A DNA stretch of 64,000 nucleotides from an uncultured Bacteroidales bacterium (GTDB taxonomy: Bacteria > Bacteroidota > Bacteroidia > Bacteroidales > WCHB1-69), in NCBI GenBank assembly GCA_946409645.1, contig CAMJXE010000002.1:15808-79807 (forward strand), written 5' to 3'. Under the pieces are notes generated by a model. The model was not told the DNA's origin, ran no database searches, and worked only from the letters and a program-made list of their open reading frames with translations. The translations under genes and the position numbers were made by a program. This document shows, piece after piece, positions 47,115 to 54,982 of the stretch (positions are counted from its first letter, which is position 1; every line of letters starts with the position of its first letter).

Positions 47115-48044
47115 CTATTTTCGAAGCACCCATTCGTGATAGGAACCGACGTTACCATTCCCGAAATCGTAGCCGAGGTAACCCAGTATGATATTGGCAA
47201 CAAATTGTTCCGGCAAACAACGGAACATCAGTTTGGCAAGTTTCTGTTTTTGCATGATTTTGCCTGCCTTTTGCTCCAGTCGTTTGAGATCTGGAAGAAT
47301 TTCTCGGGTGTAATCGGTGTCCTGTTCGATGGTCAGGCCGCTATTGGTATAATGGGCATGCATCTGCTCTAAAGATTCGATGATGGCAGCAGCTCCTCCT
47401 TTGGATATAAGCGCGATAACTTTCTGTATATGAGGATTGAACGAATCAAAGTCCGCATCAAGGGCGTAGTCATAAACAATGAACACCCCATTGGGTTTCA
47501 ATATGCGATAAACCTCCTTGTATATTTTCTCCTTGTCGGTGTTATGGACAATGGTTTCTATGGCATAAACCACATTTATGGAATTGTCCTCAAATTGAGG
47601 AAGCGTGCTGTAGTCCTGTTGGAAAGTGCAGATGTTTTGAGGCGGATTCTTCTTTTTGAGACGTTCGAGGTCGCAACCGTAGAACTGCGCGTCGGGATGC
47701 CTGTTTGCCAGATACACGATGTTTGAGCCCTGACCGAAGCCCAATTCCACAACTTTGGCGTTTTCTGTGATAAATTGGGAGATAAAGTTTGGCTGATGAT
47801 AGACATCCTGATCAGAGTAAACCCCGTTCTTGGAAATTCTGAAATGCATAAAGCCATCTTGGGAGTGGAACTTCTTGTATGCCCAATGGTTGATTCTGTA
47901 ATAAGATAAGATCTGTTTCTGAGAGTTCTTATCGCCTTTGATAAATTTCTCTAAATCAACAAATTGCGACATATAATCTATCTTGGCTTGTAGCTGATTA
48001 ATACTTTCTTGCGAACTCATAATACTATAGGAAATATCGTACAT
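47115..48044 (-). CDS. class I SAM-dependent methyltransferase
   Basis: VVELGFGQG (motif I), followed by acidic-loop and post-I motifs. 309 aa. Confidence 0.8.
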   Translation of the reverse strand: MYDISYSIMSSQESINQLQAKIDYMSQFVDLEKFIKGDKNSQKQILSYYRINHWAYKKFHSQDGFMHFRISKNGVYSDQDVYHQPNFISQFITENAKVVELGFGQGSNIVYLANRHPDAQFYGCDLERLKKKNPPQNICTFQQDYSTLPQFEDNSINVVYAIETIVHNTDKEKIYKEVYRILKPNGVFIVYDYALDADFDSFNPHIQKVIALISKGGAAAIIESLEQMHAHYTNSGLTIEQDTDYTREILPDLKRLEQKAGKIMQKQKLAKLMFRCLPEQFVANIILGYLGYDFGNGNVGSYHEWVLRK

Positions 48045-48055
48045 TCAAAAAAAAG

Positions 48056-48063
48056 CAAAAATA
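48056..48063 (-). promoter_or_regulatory. -7 promoter box TAttTTTG upstream of the methyltransferase
   Basis: Reverse complement of caaaaata, ~12 nt before ATG 48044. Confidence 0.4.
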
Positions 48064-48138
48064 CTATTTTTATGAATTGTTGTCCATAGACGATGATTGA
48101 TTTTCACCCAAGGTTTGTCATACTGGCTAAAAATTCTG

Positions 48139-48146
48139 TATCTTTG
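48139..48146 (+). promoter_or_regulatory. -7 promoter box TAtcTTTG upstream of the hemerythrin-like gene
   Basis: tatctttg, 18 nt before ATG 48164. Confidence 0.45.
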
Positions 48147-48163
48147 CGGCATATTTTACCAAT

Positions 48164-48883
48164 ATGGATTCCTTTATGAATACGAACCCGCACTTGTCGC
48201 CAAAAATGAAGATGGCCGATGCTATCAATCAGTATCACAGTTTGTTAACTGTGCTTCCGAGACTGGGAATGCCCCTTGGTTTTGGGGAGAAAAGCGTGGA
48301 ACAGCTCTGCGCGGAGCACCATGTCTCGCTACCGCTCTTCACGCTCATCAGTCGCATCTATATCCAGACCAACTATTTCCCCAGCATCGATGAACTGCGG
48401 CAATGCCCTATGCAGGATCTTTTGCAATACCTTTACCAATCGCATAAAGACTATTTAGAAAACAAATTTCCGCATATCGAGCAGCACCTCAGCAAGTTAC
48501 TCGAGCCGATGGACAAGAAATACAGCACCCTCATCGCTAACTTCTATGCAACGTTCAAGGAAAAGCTGGTAAAGCATTTCCAGTATGAAGAGGAGGTGAT
48601 TTTCCCCTACATGCGGCAGTTCATGTCCGAAAATGTGAACGCTGACAGCGACTCGCGCCACTCTAACGCTTTCCGCGAGCAACATGACGACATTGAAGAC
48701 ACGCTTAACGACCTTACAAACCTGTTACTCAAGTATATACCATCCAACAGTTCCTCTTCGGAGCGGGTTGATATGCTGATGGACATGTACTCTCTTTCGA
48801 GTGATATCGAGCGGCATGCCATGATGGAGGACCGCATTCTGCTTCCTTATATCCAGTACTTAGAATCGCAGTGCCATGATTAA
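48164..48883 (+). CDS. hemerythrin-like (HHE cation-binding) domain protein
   Basis: Repeated H..(E/D) patterns (SHKDYLENKFPHIEQH, HFQYEEEVIFPYM, EQHDDIED, ERHAMMEDRILLPYI), typical of di-iron hemerythrin/RIC-type domains. Confidence 0.6.
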   Translation: MDSFMNTNPHLSPKMKMADAINQYHSLLTVLPRLGMPLGFGEKSVEQLCAEHHVSLPLFTLISRIYIQTNYFPSIDELRQCPMQDLLQYLYQSHKDYLENKFPHIEQHLSKLLEPMDKKYSTLIANFYATFKEKLVKHFQYEEEVIFPYMRQFMSENVNADSDSRHSNAFREQHDDIEDTLNDLTNLLLKYIPSNSSSSERVDMLMDMYSLSSDIERHAMMEDRILLPYIQYLESQCHD

Positions 48884-49466
48884 GATAGCCATAGCTGAAC
48901 CATCCCAGATGCTGCGGCTTGGTCTCGGTAACATGCTGCGCGAACTGCCCGAGGTGGAGATCGTTTTCTCCACCGATAACCTCAATTCTCTGAATGCCAG
49001 GATATCCGCCCTTCATCCTGACATTTTGATTCTCAACCCGCAGCTGTACGAGTACGCCCGCCGCGCCACCATCCGTGCCGAGTTCGACCAACTTCCCAAC
49101 CTCCGTTTCGTCGGCCTCATCTCCTCCTATTGCGACTCGCAGCACCTCAAGCAATTCTCCGGTCTCATCGAACTTAATGACGATCTCCAGCGCGTGAAAT
49201 CCACCATCAACCAAGTGATCGGCGCCATTCAAAACGATTCCGACGAACCCGACACAGACCCCCTCTCCGACCGCGAAAAGGAGGTGCTCATCTGTCTTTC
49301 CAAAGGACTGAAAAACAACGAAATAGCCGACACACTCAACATCTCCGTCCACACCGTTATCACCCACCGCAAAAACATCGTCCGCAAAACCGGCATCAAG
49401 TCCGTCGCCGCCCTCACCGTCTATGCCATTCTGAACAACCTCATCGAAGAAAAAGACATTATTTAG
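48876..49466 (+). CDS. LuxR/GerE-type HTH regulator with atypical (non-phosphorylatable-looking) receiver-like N-terminus
   Basis: C-terminal LSDREKEVLICLSKGLKNNEIADTLNISVHTVITHRKNI. The N-terminus has IAIAEPS where DD is expected, and DILILNPQL where the acceptor Asp is expected. Overlaps the upstream gene by 8 nt. Confidence 0.75.
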   Translation: MIKIAIAEPSQMLRLGLGNMLRELPEVEIVFSTDNLNSLNARISALHPDILILNPQLYEYARRATIRAEFDQLPNLRFVGLISSYCDSQHLKQFSGLIELNDDLQRVKSTINQVIGAIQNDSDEPDTDPLSDREKEVLICLSKGLKNNEIADTLNISVHTVITHRKNIVRKTGIKSVAALTVYAILNNLIEEKDII

Positions 49467-49475
49467 TTAGCAGTT

Positions 49476-49571
49476 TATACCGAAAAGCCCCCATATATGA
49501 AACCACTTCCTTGAGCAGCCCCGTAGGGGCAAGAGCTAGGTAGCCAGGGGTGAGCGCAGCGAAACCCCTGG
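49476..49571 (+). repeat. ~96-bp structured intergenic element, copy A
   Basis: Near-identical to 51610-51706. Contains hairpins GCCCC-GTA-GGGGC (49518-49530) and CCAGGGG-N14-CCCCTGG (49544-49571). Confidence 0.9.
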
Positions 49572-49640
49572 GAGGGATGACGACGATGACACGATGATGC
49601 GATGACACGATGACGACGATGAATGACGATGAATAACGAA
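49572..49640 (+). repeat. GATGAC-type microsatellite abutting copy A
   Basis: gagggatgacgacgatgacacgatgatgcgatgacacgatgacgacgatgaatgacgatgaataacgaata. Confidence 0.9.
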
Positions 49641-49653
49641 TACCCACGTAAAT

Positions 49654-51573
49654 ATGAATAGAACAATCACCCTAATTATCACATTATGCCTCGCGTGGTT
49701 GGCAGCCACCGCGCAGGAACCCGACCCCTACGCCGGTTACGACCGTCTCACCCTCTATGACAGCATGACCGTGCGTATGGAGGAGAACGGTCTCAGCCAT
49801 TATGTGAACCATCAGCGATACAGAGTGTTGAGTGACGCGGGCTGCCGCGACAACAACACGGTCATCGTCGATTACGACCCTCTGTCGGCCTACTGCGAGA
49901 TCCGCGACGTGGTCGTCTATCGCCACGACGGCACCGAGGAGCACCCCGACTTCATGGTGTGCGACTATCCCGCGCCTGCCCACATGATCTACTGGGGCGC
50001 GCGACAGAAGATGGTCGCCCTCGGTCGCCTCGAAATTGGCGACGAAGTGGAGTTCCTGACCTACAAGAAGGGCTACTCATACGCATTGTTGCAGGGCGAA
50101 GACCCTGACGCGAAGTACATCCCGCCTATGAGCGGCCACTTCTACGACATCGTGCCGTTCTGGAGCAACCAACCCGTGCAGGAGAAAGTGTATCAGGTCA
50201 GTGTACTGACAAACAAGAATTTGCAGTATAAGGTTTACAACGGGAATCTTTCGGTGACCTCGAAGAAGGATGGCGACCGCACGGTTTACACCTTCTCGAA
50301 AAAGGATTACTTCCCGTTGAAGACCCCGCGCTATACAGTGGCCAACAACGACATCGAGCCGAAGCTCATCGTGACCACCGCGCAGAACTGGGAGGCCAAG
50401 TCGATGTGGTTCTACGGCGTGAACGAGGACTTCGGCAGCTTCGAGCCGACCCCTGAAATCCAGCAGAAGGTGAACGAGTTGCTGAAACCGGCGAGAACCG
50501 AGAACGACAGTCTGGACATCCTCACGCACTGGGTGGCCGACAACATTCGCTACTCGGGCATCTCGATGGGCGAGGGCGAAGGTTACACGCTGCACAAGTG
50601 CGAAATGACCTTCCGCGACCGTTGCGGTGTCTGCAAAGACAAAGCAGGGATACTCATCGGCATGTTGCGGGCGGCGGGCTTCAAAGCATACGCGGCAATG
50701 ACGATGGCTGGCGAGCGCATCGAGGACATCCCTGCCGACCAGTTCAACCACTGCATCACGGTGGTACAGCGACGCAACGGAAACTATCAACTTCTTGACC
50801 CTACGTGGGTTCCGGGCGTCAGAGGCGAGTTGTGGTCCAGCGCGGAACAGCAACAGAACTACCTCATGGGACTCCCCAAGGGCGCGAAATTGGGAACCAC
50901 GCCCGTCTCCGACCCGAAAAACCACTACGTGCGCATGACCGCTCAAAGCGAAGTCTTGAAAAACGGAACGCTCAAAGCTACCGTCACCATCACCGCAGAT
51001 CGACAATCCGACCGGACGGTGCGCGGTGTATTCCGCGGTTTCCGCACCGAATGGCGCAACAACGTGGAATCGATGCTTTACCAAGAATACCCTAACGCAA
51101 AAATCAAATCCGTGAAATATACCAGTGAAGACGACTACCTCAAGCAACCCGTCAAAATCACCTACCAGTTTGAGATTCCCGACTATGCAATTGTGACGGA
51201 TAATGAAGTGATTGCCACCCCTTTCCTCGCCAATGGCTTCTATAAGTTTGCCATGCGTCACCTCTACTACGACACCCGCCTCGAAAAGCGCGACTATCCT
51301 TTCACGGACCGCTGCTCCCGCTACGTGGCTATCACCGAAACAATGAAAGTGCCTTCGGGCTACACCCGCGTAAGCGTCCCCGAAGCCAAGCAGTTCGTCA
51401 CTCCAAACATCTCGTTCAAAGGCGGTTACAGTATCGACTACAACATGGTCACCTTCTCCGAGAACATCTCCCTCGGCAAGCGCGTCTATGATGCCTCCGA
51501 ATGGCCCGCGTTCCGCAAGGCGGTGCAATGCCAACGGGGATATATGGGAAATCCCGTGATTTTCATCAAATAA
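49654..51573 (+). CDS. DUF3857-like plus transglutaminase-like cysteine protease-fold protein
   Basis: Signal peptide. Transglutaminase core with Cys (RCGVCKDKAGILIGMLRAAGF), His (FNHCITV) and Asp (LLDPTW). Confidence 0.75.
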   Translation: MNRTITLIITLCLAWLAATAQEPDPYAGYDRLTLYDSMTVRMEENGLSHYVNHQRYRVLSDAGCRDNNTVIVDYDPLSAYCEIRDVVVYRHDGTEEHPDFMVCDYPAPAHMIYWGARQKMVALGRLEIGDEVEFLTYKKGYSYALLQGEDPDAKYIPPMSGHFYDIVPFWSNQPVQEKVYQVSVLTNKNLQYKVYNGNLSVTSKKDGDRTVYTFSKKDYFPLKTPRYTVANNDIEPKLIVTTAQNWEAKSMWFYGVNEDFGSFEPTPEIQQKVNELLKPARTENDSLDILTHWVADNIRYSGISMGEGEGYTLHKCEMTFRDRCGVCKDKAGILIGMLRAAGFKAYAAMTMAGERIEDIPADQFNHCITVVQRRNGNYQLLDPTWVPGVRGELWSSAEQQQNYLMGLPKGAKLGTTPVSDPKNHYVRMTAQSEVLKNGTLKATVTITADRQSDRTVRGVFRGFRTEWRNNVESMLYQEYPNAKIKSVKYTSEDDYLKQPVKITYQFEIPDYAIVTDNEVIATPFLANGFYKFAMRHLYYDTRLEKRDYPFTDRCSRYVAITETMKVPSGYTRVSVPEAKQFVTPNISFKGGYSIDYNMVTFSENISLGKRVYDASEWPAFRKAVQCQRGYMGNPVIFIK

Positions 51574-51600
51574 GGCAATAGGCAATAGGCAAAAGGCAAC
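51574..51600. repeat. AGGCAATA 8-mer tandem tract
   Basis: aggcaataggcaataggcaaaaggcaac, immediately after the stop codon. Confidence 0.85.
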
Positions 51601-51609
51601 AGAAATGTA

Positions 51610-51706
51610 TATGCCGAAAAGCTCCCAATATATTAAACTTCTTCCTTGAGCAGCCCCGTAGGGGCAAGAGCTTGGTAGCCAGGGGTGAGCGCAGCGAAAC
51701 CCCTGG
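51610..51706 (+). repeat. ~96-bp structured intergenic element, copy B
   Basis: Same order of blocks and hairpins as copy A (GCCCC-GTA-GGGGC at 51653-51665, CCAGGGG..CCCCTGG at 51679-51706). Followed by an ATGAC-type microsatellite at 51707-51745. Confidence 0.9.
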
Positions 51707-51755
51707 AACGAATGACGACAATGACACGATGAAACGATGAATTAACAATAATATA

Positions 51756-53222
51756 ATGAGAAACAGATGCCAACATACAACATGGTTAGTGACCATCACG
51801 ATTCTTTTGGTTATTGGTGATTTGACCTATAGCTTTTACCAGCATTCCAAATATCCGATGGATGGGGACATGGAGGAGTCCGTTCTGCCCCGCGACTATC
51901 TGCTCCCACTCTATCATGACCCTTTCGGCGTCAAGATGCTCGCCAACGGGGAGCCGCACGCCGCACCCAACCGTTTTTTCTCCCATTATCTGCTGTACAA
52001 GACCTATCGCACTGTTCCTTTTTGGCTGCAAAAGGTAGTAGAACCGCTGACAAGCATTTATTTGACTAATGCGATTTGTAAAATCTTCATGCAAATTGCA
52101 CTGTTATTGCTACTCTGTGCGCTGGCTTGCGGCGGTTTCCGATTCAAGGAGCCTCGCTTTTATCTTGCCATGCTGCTGTTCACACCACTTTTCCAAACTA
52201 ACGGTCCAGTCCGCCGCTTCGGACTGATTGACCCGTCGTTGACGTACTCCTTTTTCTATGCGCTTCCCCTTGTCTTCTTGATTTGCTGTCTGTTACCATT
52301 TATTTACGAAGAATTCTTTCACCGGAAGTTTCTTTCCAATTTATTTCTACGCACCATTTGGTTCGTGTTTTTCCTCATTCTGACCTGCTTCTCAGGGGCG
52401 GTCAATGTGGCTATCGCGCTCCTCGCAATTTTCACGTTGGTCTTGCGTTACATTATCTCATTTTGCTTTGATAAGGCACTGGAAAAGAAATCGTTACGGC
52501 TGTTTTTCAAATCTATTCCGAAGCATTATTGGTTGTATATGTTGCCATTAGGTTTGCTGTCGCTTTACTCGTTCTGGTTGGGTACTTACAACACTATATG
52601 GTGGGGTGAGACGCTGACACTGGCGGAGCGCTATCAAATGCTGCCCCAAGGTTTCTTGAAAATGTTTGATGAACCCCCATTCGTCATCTTTGTTGCGCTT
52701 TCCGTGCTGAACTTCGCGATTGTTGCGCTGAAATTTCCGAAGAAGGGTAATGCCGTGATCCAAATTTTTATCTGGATGAACGTTTTCGCATTGCTTTATA
52801 TGGTCTTGCTCCCTTTAGGCGGATACCGTTCGTACCGTCCTATTATTATTCGTTACGATGTCATGATTGGGGTTACTTTCCTATATATCTTCCACCTCGT
52901 CTATTCTACATTGTTTTTGATTGAGAATTTCAGCCAAAACAAAGTCAAGATTCCTTATTTGATTGGATGTCTGGCGTTTATGGTCTATTTTTCGGCGGTT
53001 GACAAACCCTTGCAGTTGGGTTGGGGAAACGAGAGGGAAATCGCCGCTATTCGGAAAATCCAAGCAGCGACCGAGACACCGGTGGTTCTGACGGAACTGG
53101 CGACGGTGGTGTCATGGGAACCGATATACAGTGTTGAGCAATCGCGGAATGCTTCTCAAATGCTGTACATGTGGCATATTACGGACAGTGTAAAACCCTT
53201 TTATTGTCTAAAGAAAGAATAA
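51756..53222 (+). CDS. hypothetical polytopic membrane protein (488 aa, about 10 or more TM helices)
   Basis: Long hydrophobic-helix-rich ORF between the two DUF3857-like genes. No recognised family. Confidence 0.65.
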   Translation: MRNRCQHTTWLVTITILLVIGDLTYSFYQHSKYPMDGDMEESVLPRDYLLPLYHDPFGVKMLANGEPHAAPNRFFSHYLLYKTYRTVPFWLQKVVEPLTSIYLTNAICKIFMQIALLLLLCALACGGFRFKEPRFYLAMLLFTPLFQTNGPVRRFGLIDPSLTYSFFYALPLVFLICCLLPFIYEEFFHRKFLSNLFLRTIWFVFFLILTCFSGAVNVAIALLAIFTLVLRYIISFCFDKALEKKSLRLFFKSIPKHYWLYMLPLGLLSLYSFWLGTYNTIWWGETLTLAERYQMLPQGFLKMFDEPPFVIFVALSVLNFAIVALKFPKKGNAVIQIFIWMNVFALLYMVLLPLGGYRSYRPIIIRYDVMIGVTFLYIFHLVYSTLFLIENFSQNKVKIPYLIGCLAFMVYFSAVDKPLQLGWGNEREIAAIRKIQAATETPVVLTELATVVSWEPIYSVEQSRNASQMLYMWHITDSVKPFYCLKKE

Positions 53223-53228
53223 CGCTAT

Positions 53229-54914
53229 ATGAACAAAAACATCATTTTTTCAATCATTGCGGTGTGCTTTTGTTTCGCCGCCTTCGGCAAAGCCCCCGAA
53301 AAGGACGCCGTATATCACCTCATCTCCGAGAACTACACGTTGAACACCGACGGCTCCTCGGAATTCCGCAAACGCACGGAGCTACAGATCTTCACGCGGA
53401 TGACGTTCGATGAATTCGGGGAGACATTCATTACTTACAACCCTGATTTCCAGGAGCTCATCATCAACGAGGCCTACACCATCCGCAAGGACGGCAGCAA
53501 GGTGGAAACCCCTGCCAACGCCTTCAACCCGATGCTGCCGGAGGGTTGCACGAAATGCGAGCGGCTCAACGGCATCCGCACGATGGTGGTGACCCACACG
53601 GCGTTGGAGTACGATGCCGTCATCGTCCTCGACTACACCATCCGCTCCAAGAACTTCTTCTTCCAGGAGTTGATGGAAAAAGTGGAATTATACGACGATG
53701 TGCCCATCAACAAGTATGTGGTCAGCGTCACCACGCCGGACTACAAGCCTGCGAAATTCCAGCTCAATGGGGAAAATCTTTCATACATCAAAACCGAGCA
53801 CAAAGACAAGGACTTCGTCACCACCGTCTATACTTTCACCAACCTGCCAGAGGCTCCTCTTTGCGACTTTGTCTTCCCGTCTGCATGGTCTTACCTTTCT
53901 TTCTGCACGTTGGATAACCCTGAGGCCGTCATCGGTAGGATTTCGCAACAAAACTCTATGCAGAAATTTGACAATCAGAAAATTACGGATTTTTTCCGCA
54001 GTCGTTTCACGGAAGAGATGAGCGGCATGGACAAGGTTCTGTTCGTGAGGGATTACATCCATGATTATATCCGCACCAACGAGGTGGACGCCAAAACCTT
54101 GAACTATATGTTCGCCTCACCGCAGCAAGTGTGGGAAACCAACTGCGCCACCCCGGTGGAGAAGAACATTCTTTTGGCAGGTGTGCTGCAAAGTTTGGGC
54201 TACGATGCGGAACTCGCGTTCAAAAACAACACCCTTTCGTCTGACTTGGAGACTGTTGTACGTTTGCAGTTTGACGCCAACAGTTGGACGTTTACACACT
54301 ACATTTCTGCCAATGAGGCAGAAGATTTGAGCTTGGATGCCTATTTCGCTCCCGCCTCTCTTACCCTGCAAAGTGGTAAAATAGAAAAGGTGAAAGCACA
54401 ACCGGTCAACATCAATGTGTTTTCTGGCATCACCTTTGAAAACGGACAATTGGACAATCCCAAAGTGGATGTCACGAAAAAAGAGGTCCTTTCGCCGCTT
54501 ATGTGCACGTTACAGCTGCAGGACGTCAATGTTTCAAAAGCCTCAGTCACACAACGTGGCAACAAATACTACGAGCTGGCCATCGACGACGGCAACTACG
54601 GCACAAGCGTTCACTCTGTGGACATTCCCTCAGACTTGAAATACAACATCGACACTAAAAAGTCGGACGAGACATACGTGTACGCCATCACACTGCCCGC
54701 CAACACCCGTTGCCTGACAAAACCGGCACATAAGGAAATCACCGTCGAGGGTGCCAAATTGCTGATTGAGGTGCAGATAGACGGTCAGGTGGTGAAAATC
54801 ACGCGGCAATTAAGTCTGCCTCAGGAGGGCATTTCCGCCAAATCAGCGAAAAAGTTCAAGGCAATGATGGGGGAATGGGAAACACCGGTGAAGGTGGTGT
54901 TTTCCGTCCTGTAG
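53229..54914 (+). CDS. DUF3857-like / degenerate transglutaminase-like protein
   Basis: Signal peptide and N-terminal similarity in layout to 49654-51573. The candidate core NCATPVEKNILLAGVLQSLGY has weak His/Asp partners. Confidence 0.6.
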   Translation: MNKNIIFSIIAVCFCFAAFGKAPEKDAVYHLISENYTLNTDGSSEFRKRTELQIFTRMTFDEFGETFITYNPDFQELIINEAYTIRKDGSKVETPANAFNPMLPEGCTKCERLNGIRTMVVTHTALEYDAVIVLDYTIRSKNFFFQELMEKVELYDDVPINKYVVSVTTPDYKPAKFQLNGENLSYIKTEHKDKDFVTTVYTFTNLPEAPLCDFVFPSAWSYLSFCTLDNPEAVIGRISQQNSMQKFDNQKITDFFRSRFTEEMSGMDKVLFVRDYIHDYIRTNEVDAKTLNYMFASPQQVWETNCATPVEKNILLAGVLQSLGYDAELAFKNNTLSSDLETVVRLQFDANSWTFTHYISANEAEDLSLDAYFAPASLTLQSGKIEKVKAQPVNINVFSGITFENGQLDNPKVDVTKKEVLSPLMCTLQLQDVNVSKASVTQRGNKYYELAIDDGNYGTSVHSVDIPSDLKYNIDTKKSDETYVYAITLPANTRCLTKPAHKEITVEGAKLLIEVQIDGQVVKITRQLSLPQEGISAKSAKKFKAMMGEWETPVKVVFSVL

Positions 54915-54934
54915 GGACGCGACGTTTCGCGTCC
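54915..54934. terminator. GC-rich hairpin GGACGCGA-cgtt-TCGCGTCC between convergent genes
   Basis: Perfect 8-bp stem directly after the stop at 54914. No T-run, so terminator function is uncertain. Confidence 0.35.
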
Positions 54935-54960
54935 GCACACGATATTTCGCATCCGCGTAA

Positions 54961-54978
54961 GACGTTGTGCGCAACGTC
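54961..54978. terminator. GC-rich hairpin GACGTTG-tgcg-CAACGTC between convergent genes
   Basis: Perfect 7-bp stem just downstream of the minus-strand stop at 54983. No T-run. Confidence 0.35.
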
Positions 54979-54982
54979 TCCG

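Noticed and set aside
50077-51585. 502-aa minus-strand ORF
   Set aside because: It is antisense to the DUF3857/transglutaminase-like gene, which has a signal peptide and catalytic-triad motifs. The antisense translation is Val/Gly/His/Arg-rich with no recognisable features.
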